From positions 310,001-374,000 of the forward strand of contig OZ025796.1 of assembly GCA_964019425.1 (NCBI GenBank): a stretch of DNA of 64,000 nucleotides, given 5' to 3'. Both the position numbers and the translations under genes were made by a program. The notes under the pieces are model-generated. The model saw nothing but the letters and a program-made list of their open reading frames with translations. It was not told the DNA's origin and made no database searches. Source of the DNA: Flectonema sp. DT1601. Lineage: Eukaryota. The first letter of the stretch is position 1, and every line of letters begins with the position of its first letter. This document shows, piece by piece, positions 31,154 to 43,110 of this stretch.

Positions 31154-32641
31154 CTACAATGACTTCAAGTGGTTCTGTCCTTTGCGTAGAACCTTCCAAA
31201 GTTTTTTAGCGTGAGACGCTTTTGTGTTAACTCCGCCAAATGCCACTCTAATTATGTCTTCTCCCTCTAATACAGATGGATTGAAATAGTATCCTTTCTC
31301 AATACAGTATTCACATATCTCACGAGAAATGTTTTTTCCAGACGATGAAAACACCTGAAAACAGACGAGTGAAGTGTCAGTTTTAACAACCAATTTAAAA
31401 TTTGACTCCGAAGCCATTTCTTTACGTAGTACGTCGGCGCATGAAATTCCATTTCTAATACTTTTTTGAATACCAGACTTTCCATAGTATGACAGAACCA
31501 TCCAAACTCGGAGGGATCGAAATTTTCTTCCCAGAGGAACACCCCAGTCTTTAAACTCTGGAGCATAGATAGTGCTGTCATCCACATCTGTTGACATGTA
31601 GCTGTCAGTGGCAGCATAGATGTCCATTAAAGGTTTTCGATCTCTCAGGTACAATAGAGAAGTATCAAATCCACATAGCATCCATTTGCTTGCGTTTACA
31701 TTAATACTGTCAGCTACCTGTTCGACTTCTTTACTGCGAGGTTGGAATTCTGGAAGGGACCATGTTGAGCCAGCGTATGCGGCATCAACATGAATCCATA
31801 CTTTGTATTTATTTCTTAGCTCATCAAAGCCGTTCATGATGTCATAACCGCATGTGTTTGTAGTTCCATAATTTAATTGAATCAAACAAGGTTGTAAACC
31901 AGCAGCGAGATCCTTAATAATCTGAGCCTCTACGTCAGCTGCTGTGATACCGTAGTTTCCAGTCTGTTCTAGGATTCTTGATTTTATTTTATGACAACGA
32001 ATACCAGCGACTCTGGTTGCTTTCTCACCACTAAAATGAGTGCAGGTAGAATGATAGGCAACTAGCTTTGACGAGTCGGTGTTGAATTTTAAGGTGTCGA
32101 TGTCTGATTGTTTGTGACTACCGTTTGACAGTAGCTCAGTGAGTTTTTGAACTCTGGCAGCAGCAGCGATTCCGACAATACAATCAGATGCTGTTGTCTG
32201 GATCATTCCACCACCTTTACCTGATGTATGAAGGAAAGGTCCTCCTATTCCGTACAAGTTAGCAATCCAATCCATGACAACAACTTCAAGTTCTGTCGCA
32301 ATCGGACAACTTGCCCATTGCAATCCAAGAGCTCCAAGTGACGTTATCACCATGTCACCCATCACTGCTGGAACTGTTGTATTCGCTGGAAAATACGCCA
32401 TAAAATTAGGATGTTGCCACTGAACTACTCCCGGAAGAACTTTCTTTTCAAGTTCCTCAAGAATCTTTTTATACTCTTTTGGTTGTGATGGCATTCCCTT
32501 AAACTGCTTTGCAAGCTCACCTGGTTTAACATTTGGCAATAGACGGGTAGCACCACTACTGACTGGAGAGAGTTGTTTCTCAAGTACCTTCAGGGTAGCA
32601 TTACCAAGCACACGAAGTGATTTCGGATCGAGGCCTGCCAT
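31154..32641 (-). CDS. PLP-dependent group II decarboxylase (aromatic-L-amino-acid/histidine decarboxylase family)
   Basis: WQHPNFMAYFP, CPIATELE, GGGMIQ, WIHVDAAYAG, PLP lysine in NASKW, and PLGRKFRSL. Confidence 0.92.
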   Translation of the reverse strand: MAGLDPKSLRVLGNATLKVLEKQLSPVSSGATRLLPNVKPGELAKQFKGMPSQPKEYKKILEELEKKVLPGVVQWQHPNFMAYFPANTTVPAVMGDMVITSLGALGLQWASCPIATELEVVVMDWIANLYGIGGPFLHTSGKGGGMIQTTASDCIVGIAAAARVQKLTELLSNGSHKQSDIDTLKFNTDSSKLVAYHSTCTHFSGEKATRVAGIRCHKIKSRILEQTGNYGITAADVEAQIIKDLAAGLQPCLIQLNYGTTNTCGYDIMNGFDELRNKYKVWIHVDAAYAGSTWSLPEFQPRSKEVEQVADSINVNASKWMLCGFDTSLLYLRDRKPLMDIYAATDSYMSTDVDDSTIYAPEFKDWGVPLGRKFRSLRVWMVLSYYGKSGIQKSIRNGISCADVLRKEMASESNFKLVVKTDTSLVCFQVFSSSGKNISREICEYCIEKGYYFNPSVLEGEDIIRVAFGGVNTKASHAKKLWKVLRKGQNHLKSL

Positions 32642-33131
32642 GTGTATTTATTAGGTGTCTTTAAAAAAATAAGTTAACAAGATACCACACACAAACATTA
32701 CAACTCAACTACAGGGGCACATGTGGGAGGTAATGTGAGAACGGTAGTGGTAAGGGAAAAAACCATTATTTTATTTTTTTATTTTTTTTTTAAATTTCAT
32801 TCTTTTTTTTTTTTTTTTTATTGTTTATTTTTTTTTTTTTTTTTAAAAAAACTATTCTTGGTCCCATTATCTTGCAGTGGAACTCACTCGCTTTTATTTA
32901 TTTATTTTGGTTCTCCCTTTCCTCTCTTCTCTCTTTTTCTTGATGTTCGAAAAGAAAATTAAAAGGCAAGGGAGAGATGCCCGGAAGCAAAGAGTGTTGC
33001 AACCAGTTCTAGGAACACCGGGTAGTAAATATCACTTTTTTTTTTTTTTTTTTGAAAAGATTAAAAAGTCAAAAAAAAAAAAAAAAACAAGAATGGAAAA
33101 AAGAAAAAACGAAAATTAGTAAAAAAATTAA

Positions 33132-33162
<31 letters not shown>

Positions 33163-34470
33163 AAACAAACGAAAAAGTATCAGGCATTGAAGTCAGATTG
33201 ATTGCGGGAAGGGAAAAAGACAGAAAAAGAAAAAAAAAAGAGGGCGAAAGCCACACATATTCGTTTTTTTTTGAAAACGAAAAAATACCAAACTGCCCTG
33301 GTCGAACTGCCTTCACGGAATCTCCCCAACCTATCTGACCAGTGCTGTTGCTACTGCCAATAAAAGTGACTAGCACAACAGTTTTCTGCAGTTAATGCAC
33401 AACACAAAAAAAAAATAAAAAAAATCAGAAAAAATTTAAAAAAAAAAAGAAATGCACTATACCATGTTTTATATTATTTTTTTTGTTTTATTTTGTCTTT
33501 ATCAAGTACTTCGGACAATGGGGAACGAAATCTCACATCACCCCTCTTCTCTTGCGGGAATCCCACAGGAGAGAGCTGAGCTTTGTCACCCGAAAAGACA
33601 TTCAATAGGTCCAACGAAACATGTGTCCGAGGGACACAAAAGATACGGTGTGCAGAAGTGTATTAATTTTTTTTTTCTTCTTCTTCTTTCTTTTTTTTCC
33701 CACTTTAGTTTTCCTCTGCTTCCAGCTGCAGAACAGGCATCCTTCATCAGCAAGATGCAGAACGTTGTGAAAACAAACGGTGTTGAGAAAAAAAGAGAAA
33801 AAAAAAAAAAAAAAATTGAAACGAAACCTCTAGTGAGAAACCCTCCTCAATTTTTTTTATTTTTTTTTTTTCCCACTTTTTCTGATATCGAATACCTTAC
33901 AAACTTAGTACTACTTAAATTATTCTTTCGAAAGTAGATGAATGGCGGCGGGAAGAGAAAAAAATGGGAAAAACAAAAGATCGACTCTCTTTACGTTAAT
34001 TGTGTGTTTGTGCCAAATCGGTATTTTTAAGAAAAGAAAGATGTACGGGGGGAGAGAATACAGACAACTACGTGGCAAATTTATGTGATAAGGTAACAGA
34101 AAAGATACAACAAAATAAAATGAAGGGCAGTCTTTTCCCATCAGCAAACAAAGACTAGAATGCCCAAGGACTTTTTCCTTCTTTTTTTTTTTTTTTTTTT
34201 CTTTCTCCCACATTAAAGTCACATGCCAAGAAGGGGCGGAGGGGGTAGTACAACATCTCACTAGGCACGGGAGCGGTAATCTGAAGGTATCATATGTGTT
34301 GGGAGGTATACACGGGTGGGAGAGGATTGCTTTTTTTTTTCTGATTAGTTTTTTTGTATTTATTTTCTTTAATATTTTTTTTTTTTGTATTCGGAAGGGG
34401 AAGGGGGAAAAGGAGAGAAAAGAAAAGAGGAAAAAAAAAAAAAAGAATTCTAATCCAAGTAAAAAATATC

Positions 34471-34968
34471 TTACTGCATTGAAGGTCTCTCCCATTGTTT
34501 TCTACCATCCACATTCTTATAGAAGATATCACCACGTGAAGACTCGACCTGCTTCCAACCAGGAGGTAAGGCATCGTCCATCATATCACGTGGAGGGGCT
34601 CCATACTTCTTTTGTAAAGCATCAAACAACGCCTCTTCATGTCCTCTGTACTGAACTAAGGTGCTGACAACACTTGGAAGTTTTTGAGGATTGTACCTTT
34701 GATAAAAGTTTAGTAACCTCCTTCTGTAAAACGAATCAATGTTACCCTTTGCCTTCCCTCCTGGGGATCCAGTGGCGGAAGTGCGCTGTGGAGATCCATA
34801 GCCGCCCTGTTTGGATTAATTTTTTTTTCTTTCCGTTTGCCCCCACCCATTGAACTACAAAAACGAAATAAAATAAAACATACCTGTTGAGGAGAAACCG
34901 ACGAGGTAGCACCTGGTGACTGCTGTCTAGCGAGAGGAGAATTGGTTTCCCATATAAGCTTTGCCAAC

Positions 34969-35002
<34 letters not shown>

Positions 35003-38000
35003 CAACACTGATACTAATAAATAAATGATAAAGAATATAACAAACCTGTTGCTCAACACTCATTGGATCGTTGAATGGAGCTCCACCAGCTGGTCGCTGA
35101 CTGGCCTGAACATCAGTCGGGGAGTTGTTGGTGTGTGAGACGGGGTGTTGATGTTGAGAAGGAAGGTGCTGGACAGGAGCAATCATCGACTGTTGTTTTG
35201 GGAACCCATAAGCAGGTTCCTGTACAGGTGGTTGCAATTCCGAGTGAGGAGACCCAGCCACTGAACGTTGTGGTGTTGGTATGAAAGGAGAGGCTGTTGC
35301 AGCCTCAGGACTTGGTGTTGGTTGCCACTGTTGATGAGAAAGAATTGGCTGCTGATAGGCAACATCTGAGCGACCATCAGACTCAGCCTCAGCCATTGGA
35401 GGAACCTTCAACCCTTGATCAAGCATAGCACTCTGCCTCTGTGATGTAATTCTGGACATTGATTGAGTACTAGTTGCATGAGGCTGTGACGCTACAGGTT
35501 GTTGAGGAGCGTACTGATGCATTGATACAGCATCAACTACTGCAGGGTTCATTGTCTCTACTCTGTGAATGTCAACAAACTCAGTTGGTTGAATCTGATG
35601 CAAGACTGGCTCTTGAGGTATAGCCCCAGCCTGAATATACTGACCAGGGAACATTCCTTCAGATCCTTCAGTTAAAGGCATTGCTGGTTCATCAAGTCTC
35701 TTCTTAACTTTCATCTTATCAAGAAATCTGTTAATCTGATCAAGAAGTCCCTTTGACTTACCCTTTGAAGGTCCCTTAGTAAGAGCTGGATATAATTCAC
35801 CCTTGTGATGCTTCTTACGAGATGGGTTCTTGTGTTCGAGTTTCCAGCAGGCATCGCAGAGCTTCAATTTACATTCAGCGCATAGATGGAATGCTGGTCT
35901 TCCTTCGATATCATGACAGACGTCACACATGTAGAGAAGAAGCTTCTTTTTGTGGTCTCTTCTTTTCTTATTTTTATGCTCGTTAAACCAACAGTTTTCA
36001 CATAACTTCTCAGGTTGTCTGGAGTCACATTCTTCACACGAGTAGAGGGCCGCACGGCCTTCTGATTTCGCGCAAATACTGCAGGCACGATCGGTGTTTT
36101 TCTTCAACCAAGATACGACGTCTTTTCCCTTAAATTTGTCCAGACAGACTTCAACACCCTGGGCCTTAGTAGTGACATCAGCCCAGACACCTTCTTCACC
36201 GTCTGGGTAGAGAAATTGCTTTTTGTGCTTCCTTCTCTTCGGGTTTTTGTGTTCATCGTGCCAGCACTGCTTGCACAACATCAACTTACACGGCGTGCAA
36301 AACCACAAGGCTGGAAGTGCCTTCTCCTTTTTATCATAACCTCGTGTACACAAGTCACATTCAAAGTATAGAAGTAATTTTGAATGGTGAGATCTCTTTT
36401 TGTTACGATGTTCGATGTCCCAGCACTGTTCGCAGAGCTTTTCATCACATTCCGTGCAGACGTAAATAGCCATACGAGGTTCTTCACCTGTGTAATTACT
36501 GTCACAAACAGTGCAGGCTCTGTCACTTGAAAACTGTCCCTCGAATGGGTTGACCTCTGGGATTTCTTCCTCTGGCTCAGATGGGATTTCTGGTTCTGGC
36601 TCTGGCTCTGGCTCTGGTTCAGGTTCCGGTTCTGGTTCGGCAACACTTTCCTCGCGAGGACATCCAGGTGCTGGAGGGAGTTTCTTTGTCTGATTGTAAA
36701 TGTTTTGTGCTTCAGCACGTCTCTTGGTGACTTCCTTCATTTCATCTCTGATTATCTTCTGAATGGATTTGATTTTATCCATTCTAGCCTTGTGACGAGC
36801 AATAAGATCTTTAAGCTTTCTCCTACCTGCGTTTTGAGCGTTCAAACGATGAATTTTCTGCGCTTCGTCTCTGGCAGCCTCTAGAGCCTGGTTGGCTTCA
36901 GTCTTCAAAAACATTTTTGTTGTTCCGACCTGAGCCTTCAACTGTTCGATACCAACCTTGTCGCAAACCTTTCTTGACCATTCTTTCATTGCGGCAACAT
37001 CATCAAGAGGAGGGCCACATCCCATGATGATTTTGAAACGGCAGACGAAGTTCTTGAATTTTGGTCGGACTGGGAATCCAGCCTTTCTGATTTTGACAGT
37101 ACCCAAAACACCTGAAGACTCTAACTGTTGCATAGTTGTGATACCGTGAACCTTGAGTGGTTTCTTTGCTGGATGAGGCTTTACGCATCGAATCCAATGA
37201 GGATTAGTGCTGTTAATAAGTTCCATCATATCAACCAACTGTTGCTTAAAGAATCCTCCAACAGTAATCTTCTTAGCGTTCTCATCAGGTTCTGGTAGAA
37301 GAGTTTTAATTAGTTCTTGTTCTGAAGAACGCATCATAAGTTTCATAGCTGGTTTTAAAGTGTCTCTGTTCTTATCTAACCAACCTTCAACAGTGTAGTT
37401 AACGGTTGCAGCGTAGTGAAGAACCATGAATGAATTCTTAGCCAATTTTTTAGTAGCAAAAAACTTGTGCTTGTCTTTGAAGGCATCCATGACCTTGTCG
37501 AGGAAGCCCTCATCAGTACCAGTTCCCATGGCACATTCGTCGTCAAGAAGACCAAATACTCCAGTCTTTGCGGTCATCAGAGTCAGGCAAGGCATGTTGT
37601 CTGGGCAGACAACTTCAGTGACGTCGACACCTTCAGCTCTGCACTCGTCCATATCCTTTTGAAAGATGTAATTGTTGTAATGGTTTTGAAGGGTTTCGTT
37701 GGCCAAGTTGATACAAATCTGTTCGAAAGAGTTGTACTCAAAATCTTCAAATCCGAAAATGTCGAGCAATCCGATAAAGTTTTGACCAGTTCCTGAGTCA
37801 GTCAGGTCGTTGATAGTTAACACTTGCCATGAGAACAGCGAATCATAAGTCGCCTTAATAAGCGAATCACGACCGTCAGCACTCTTAACTTTCGTCAGTT
37901 TTCTTACAACAGGTCCATCACGAGTGTTCATGGTGGTTGTTACAAGTTCCCTTTCGATGACACTTTTGTCGGTTTTCCATTGTTCGGTTGCCTTTTGAAG

Positions 38001-39122
38001 GAATGGGAAGCCGGCAGGATCAATTTCACAGCTGTCCTTATCAATTTCTTTAAAGTCACACTGAATAAGATGAAGACAACCTGCAACAGTTCTCCAAATA
38101 CCGTCGATGTTTACCTCACTGAATCCACAATCAGCCATAGCTACTAAAGCAATACTGTAGTCTTCTCCATCATCGACCCCAGGGATGTCGCAGGAGTTTC
38201 CGGCATTGCAAGATTTGTAAGTCTTGCAAGCGTCAAGCGCATACTTACCAGCATCACCTCCCTTTGATAATAAGTAGAATGCGTGATACACTCTCTCGTT
38301 TGGGGAAGCAGTAACAATACGTGACTTTTCTAAAAGATATTTTGTGGTGAAGGCACCAACAAGAAAACCATCATTATCAAATTGAACTTTCATGAACTTT
38401 CCAAAACGAGAAGAGTTGTCATTTCTAACGGTCTTTGCGTTACCGAAACCTTCCAAAATAGGAGAGGCCTGGTTGATGTTGTATGCGACCTTACGAGCGG
38501 CTTCCTTTGATGCTTCTTCTCCCTGACGACAAGATAACGCACCAAGGTACTTCATTACAATCTTTGCCGCTTCGGTTTTTCCTGCACCAGATTCTCCTGA
38601 AATAAGAATACACTGGTCAGATTCATCTCTTCTCAATTCATTCCAAGTGTTGTGAGCCTGAGCCCATGAGTGGGGAACGTTGCTACGAATGACTTCACCT
38701 TCAGCGAGGTAATCAGGCATCTTAGCATCCATGTACTTTGGAATCTTAAAGTTCCAAGGGTTAAGAGCAACAACAATAGCACCAATGTTTGTATAAACAG
38801 TATCAACCATATATCTTGTGTATAAACAACGTTGAATAGTTGAATCGTGAAGAACAGTAAGTTGAAGCAAATCATCGACGTCTTCGTCAATCACATCTTC
38901 TCTGACTGGCCAGATCTTACTTTCCTCAAGCTTTGCGACAGTTTGTAACGCTTCAACTTTTGAAGCGCTGTAGTCGAGACCTTTCACAGTAAAGTACTTG
39001 CCATCATCGGTATCAACTATTCCGACGGCCCAAGCATGGTTAGGCTCCCAATAAAACACTTTTGCACCAGGTTTGCAAAGATTTCTGTTCAGAGACTCCT
39101 CATCTTTCATAACACCACCCAT
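34471..39122 (-). CDS. Unconventional myosin with four B-box zinc fingers and a C-terminal WW domain; exons 39122-35046, 34967-34884, 34806-34471
   Basis: Motor motifs GESGAGKT, NDNSSRFG and LLDIFGFE. Four CxxC...CxxC...CxxC..xH...H repeats. Introns 34968-35045 and 34807-34883 give the tail ...RLLNFYQRYNPQKL...LFDALQKKYG...LPPGWKQVESSRGDIFYKNVDGRKQWERPSMQ*. Confidence 0.92.
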
Positions 39123-39188
39123 TTTAGTAAATGAGTGATTACCTTATTGACGAGACGAAGTCAAAAGTTTCAAGGTACGGGAGAGATC

Positions 39189-39215
39189 CTGAAGGGGGAA
39201 AATAATTTGACAAAA
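39189..39215 (-). promoter_or_regulatory. Putative 3' splice (trans-splice) acceptor upstream of myosin
   Basis: Minus strand TTATTTTCCCCCTTCAG, 67 nt upstream of the ATG and inside a 139-nt intergenic gap. Similar AG sites precede the ATGs at 3962, 16721, 21321, 23678 and 48573. Confidence 0.45.
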
Positions 39216-39261
39216 GGTAGAATCGATAATAAAAAGGTCACAAATAGGGAAGTCATATTTA

Positions 39262-40896
39262 CTAATCCGTCTTCACGTGAGCTACGACATCTCTCAATTC
39301 ATTAAACCAGTCTGGTTTATTGTTAGATCGTTTTGATTTTTGAACAGTAGTAGTAGTGGGAGAACCTACTGGTGGTGACGAAGATCTCGGTTTCTTCAAC
39401 ACATCCAACAACGATAAAGAACTTGCAGCTCCCTCAATAATCTTTAAAGGTGGAGGTGATTGTTTTCGTGGTTCTGAGCTATATGATAAAACTTCGTTTA
39501 ATTTTTGACCAGGTGATTTTTGAACCGATATTGGTCTTCTTTCAGAGAGTTTTAAAGCTTCTGCTCCACAACGACTAGCCTGGTGTTTGACTGCTAAGTT
39601 AATTCTAAGACGCCGATCTTCGTTGTTGAGAAGTACTTCCGACAAGTCCTCAACTAAATTATGAAATAGCCTTCTGTCATTTATGTCTTTCTTCGACCTG
39701 TCTACCGGTTTGACAGGCAGCTTTAAACTTCTTATCGCAAAGAATAAATCGTTCGTAGAACGAGAGGATCGCTTTGATTTCCTGCTGGGATTTCTTTTTT
39801 TTTTTTTTCCTCGATTGCCTTCACTTACTACAGATTTATTATTTTTTTCAGTGATAGATGTGAGGTCCACATCAGCAGCCCATTTCCAAGCAACTTCTGC
39901 AGGATGGACAAAAGGACACAACGAGTCATTGCACTTCCACTCCCGAGGACATTTCACCAAATTATGAATTTTGTCACAAGACCCAGTCGTGCAGGTCCCA
40001 TGCTTATATTCAAGGCAATACTCCGAACCAGGAGAAATAGAGTTTTTGGTCTCACTCTGATCTCCAAGCAACTTCAGATATTTTATTATTTTTTGTGATT
40101 CTTTGGACACTATCCCCGACCTATTTATAACTCTAGATAGCTTATCACGTTCATTACTGTTGGTACTAAGAAATTGTTTTAAAACAGGTGTTGAACTAAC
40201 TTCATTCATCACTGAAGAACTAACTGTGTAGGGGTCACTACAGAGACTGGTCAACGTGATTAGATATCTGTTGATTCCTGTTATGTTATATTTATTTAAA
40301 ATATCAGAGTGTTCTTTATGAATTCTGTATCCCTTCTCAAGAGCCAGTTGATGCACAAACATTAAAACAGATTGCCTCACAACATCAGAATTACTTTCCT
40401 TAACAGCCTCATCAATAATTAATTTCAAATTATCAAACCGACTTGTATTCACACCAGTTGCTTTAATTATAACACTGAAAAAAGACTTCCAACGTATTTT
40501 TGTATCCCATGAAGGCTCTTTAAGAATCTTTTGAAGGTACGTCAATGAAATTTGAGTAGAGCCATGCACTGCACAGATTCTCGACAGTAACTGGTAGGTG
40601 AGGTATTTTGCCTTTGGCTCAGTAGTCAGTTGGTGGAGCTGGGTGATGTTTTCTGTAGTTCCCAAAAGTTTCGATCTATCCATCCATGAGATTATGTTAG
40701 CAATTTGAGGATCAGACATGTGAACTTTTTCTCTAAAATAATTAATAACGTCAGATGGCTTAACATCTTGTATTTCTCCTTTTACTTCACGAAGTTTGTT
40801 CAGAGATTCTCCAGCATCGAAATTCAACGGAGCAAATATTCTTTTAACAAAATCAACAGACGGTGTGCTGCACCATCTTCTCGTAAAAGACAACAT
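39262..40896 (-). CDS. Putative mitochondrial protein with two CCCH zinc fingers
   Basis: Presequence-like MLSFTRRWCST; CLEYKHGTCTTGSCDKIH and CPREWKCNDSLCPFVH; helical N-terminal half and basic C-terminus. Confidence 0.7.
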   Translation of the reverse strand: MLSFTRRWCSTPSVDFVKRIFAPLNFDAGESLNKLREVKGEIQDVKPSDVINYFREKVHMSDPQIANIISWMDRSKLLGTTENITQLHQLTTEPKAKYLTYQLLSRICAVHGSTQISLTYLQKILKEPSWDTKIRWKSFFSVIIKATGVNTSRFDNLKLIIDEAVKESNSDVVRQSVLMFVHQLALEKGYRIHKEHSDILNKYNITGINRYLITLTSLCSDPYTVSSSVMNEVSSTPVLKQFLSTNSNERDKLSRVINRSGIVSKESQKIIKYLKLLGDQSETKNSISPGSEYCLEYKHGTCTTGSCDKIHNLVKCPREWKCNDSLCPFVHPAEVAWKWAADVDLTSITEKNNKSVVSEGNRGKKKKRNPSRKSKRSSRSTNDLFFAIRSLKLPVKPVDRSKKDINDRRLFHNLVEDLSEVLLNNEDRRLRINLAVKHQASRCGAEALKLSERRPISVQKSPGQKLNEVLSYSSEPRKQSPPPLKIIEGAASSLSLLDVLKKPRSSSPPVGSPTTTTVQKSKRSNNKPDWFNELRDVVAHVKTD

Positions 40897-41050
40897 TACA
40901 TTTAGTTACTGTTTGATGTGAATATGGTTTCGTTTTTTTTTGAGTATTTATATCAACTTAGAACACCACACCAAGTCATCACGTCAAGAAGTACGGCTAT
41001 GAAGAATAGTACTCAAGTTGGGTAAGATCATAATTTTTATTTTTATTTTT

Positions 41051-42139
41051 TTATAAAGTAACTCTGTAGGGTCTATCAATAGTAACATCCCCGTACTTCG
41101 ACTTATAAAACAACCCAGGGATGTCAGTACCACAGCAATTACAGTAACCACTTCCGTTTGAACGAACTCCCAGTGCTGGATGTCGGGAAGTGCCAAACCT
41201 GTTCCTACGAATAAGAGTAGCCCTACATGATGAATTCGAACAAAACGTTGATTGCGAAGGGGGATGATTTATATTACCAGTGTAGACGTGTTTTATACCA
41301 GCTTCCAAAGCTATATCCCTAGCAGCAAGTAAGGTATTCGGTGAGGTTCGAGGAAGGTCGAGCATTTCTCCATCAGGATGAAAAGCTGTAAAATGAATTG
41401 GCACCTCCGATCCTAAGTTAGTCATGATCCACGCTGACATTTCTTTTAATTCAGTTAAAGAATCGTTCTTCGTTGGGATCACCAAGTTTGTTATTTCCAA
41501 CCATTTTCCAGCTTTTTTTATATTTTTTAAAGTTTCCAAAACAGGACCCAATTTCGCATTGCAAACTTGACTATAAAATAATTTTGTAAATGCCTTCAAA
41601 TCAACGTTGAAGGCATCGATAAATTCACAGAACTCCGCTGCGGGTTCAGGACACATAAACCCAGCCGTTACAGCAACAGTTTTAATGCCGTGTTTGCGAG
41701 CTTCTATAGCGACATCTCTTGCTAACTCTAGGAATATAACTGGATCATTGTATGTGAAGGCGATAGAATCACATTGATAACGAATAGCTGCAGACACTAA
41801 TTGAGTTGCTGACACTTCTGTGTCAAGTTTGTCGGAGTCCTTCGTGTGTGAAATATTCCAATTTTGACAAAATTTACAACTCAAGTTGCACCCAACCGTC
41901 CCGAAACTTAGAATTCGTGTTCCAGGTAAGAAATGGTTTAATGGCTTCTTCTCAATAGGATCAACGGCAACACCACTTGTCTTACTATCACAATAAACAG
42001 CCATTTTTCCATCTAAATTCCCTCTGACGAAGCATCGCCCTCGTTTTCCTTCTTTTAGTTTACAGAAATTAGGACAAACATCACATTGTATAATTTTTTC
42101 GTTTATACGTCTCCAATGGCGAGTTGGAAAGTAAGGCAT
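41051..42139 (-). CDS. amrS: AmmeMemoRadiSam-system radical SAM enzyme
   Basis: N-terminal CDVCPNFC...GRCFVR; DPIEKKPLNHFLPG; radical SAM motif GCNLSCKFCQNW; AFTYNDP, NVDLKAF, HFTAFHP, HVYTGN; C-terminal Cys cluster. Confidence 0.9.
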   Translation of the reverse strand: MPYFPTRHWRRINEKIIQCDVCPNFCKLKEGKRGRCFVRGNLDGKMAVYCDSKTSGVAVDPIEKKPLNHFLPGTRILSFGTVGCNLSCKFCQNWNISHTKDSDKLDTEVSATQLVSAAIRYQCDSIAFTYNDPVIFLELARDVAIEARKHGIKTVAVTAGFMCPEPAAEFCEFIDAFNVDLKAFTKLFYSQVCNAKLGPVLETLKNIKKAGKWLEITNLVIPTKNDSLTELKEMSAWIMTNLGSEVPIHFTAFHPDGEMLDLPRTSPNTLLAARDIALEAGIKHVYTGNINHPPSQSTFCSNSSCRATLIRRNRFGTSRHPALGVRSNGSGYCNCCGTDIPGLFYKSKYGDVTIDRPYRVTL

Positions 42140-43110
42140 TGGCGGTATTGGCGGTAATGGCTATAAGGAAGGATAGCTGCTGTGAGATCGATGTTTTGTT
42201 TTGCTAAAAAAATAAAAAAATAAAATAAGTTTTATATTTTTTATACCAAAATAATACAGAACAGTACGTATTCCATTGTCAAGTCAAACAGAGAGCTGAC
42301 AACATGTTTTTTTTTTTTTTTTTTTTTCTTATTCTTTTTTAAAACAAAAAAATACTCTCTTTTATTTAACGATTTTTTTTTTTTTTTTTCCCTCCCAAAA
42401 AAAAAAAAAAAAAAAAAAACAGATAGTCACGGCACTCTGTTTGTCACTGTTACCATAAAGTATTACTGTCAAAGAGAAACGATACACGAGTCACCAACAA
42501 CTTTCAAAGAAAAGTTGCTGATCGCCGCTATGGGCCGAATCGATCCGTGGCCAAACCAACAGCATTTAGGTTGGACGTTATATATCTCAAAAGAATGAAA
42601 GAAAAAAGCAGGGACAAAAAAAAAATTGGGGGAAACAATAAACACCAGTAACCCAACAGAATATAACAACTGCTTTTTTTTTCTTTTTTTTTCTTTTTTT
42701 TTTTCTCTTCTTTTTTATTTATGAAACAAGAAACTTTTTTTTTTTTTTTTTTTTCGTCCCTCTCGTTGTCCATAATTAACAACCAGTCAGAACCGAAGCG
42801 TGGCAACTACGGATTAGTAATTGATTTGATCGTGTTTTTAGATCAAAAAAAAAAAGAAGAAAAAAAAATAACAGCAAAAAAAAAGTTTCGTGACAAGAAC
42901 ACGCGGGATACACAAGTTGATATCACATATCACCTTCAACAAGACACGCACTACAACACAAGAGGAACGCAGAAGAAACAAACTATCCCTCTCCACACGA
43001 AAAGAACAATAAAATCGAAAGAGCGGACTTGACCAGCTTTCCAACACCTATCTTAAACTAACAGTTTCTTGTGCTGCACTTGATTAGTCCCTGCCGTGTA
43101 CGAATAGCAC

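Noticed and set aside
32723..34495. Short F/K-rich ORFs in intergenic DNA (also near 1560, 7594 and 11925-12755)
   Set aside because: Products of poly(T)/poly(A) tracts.
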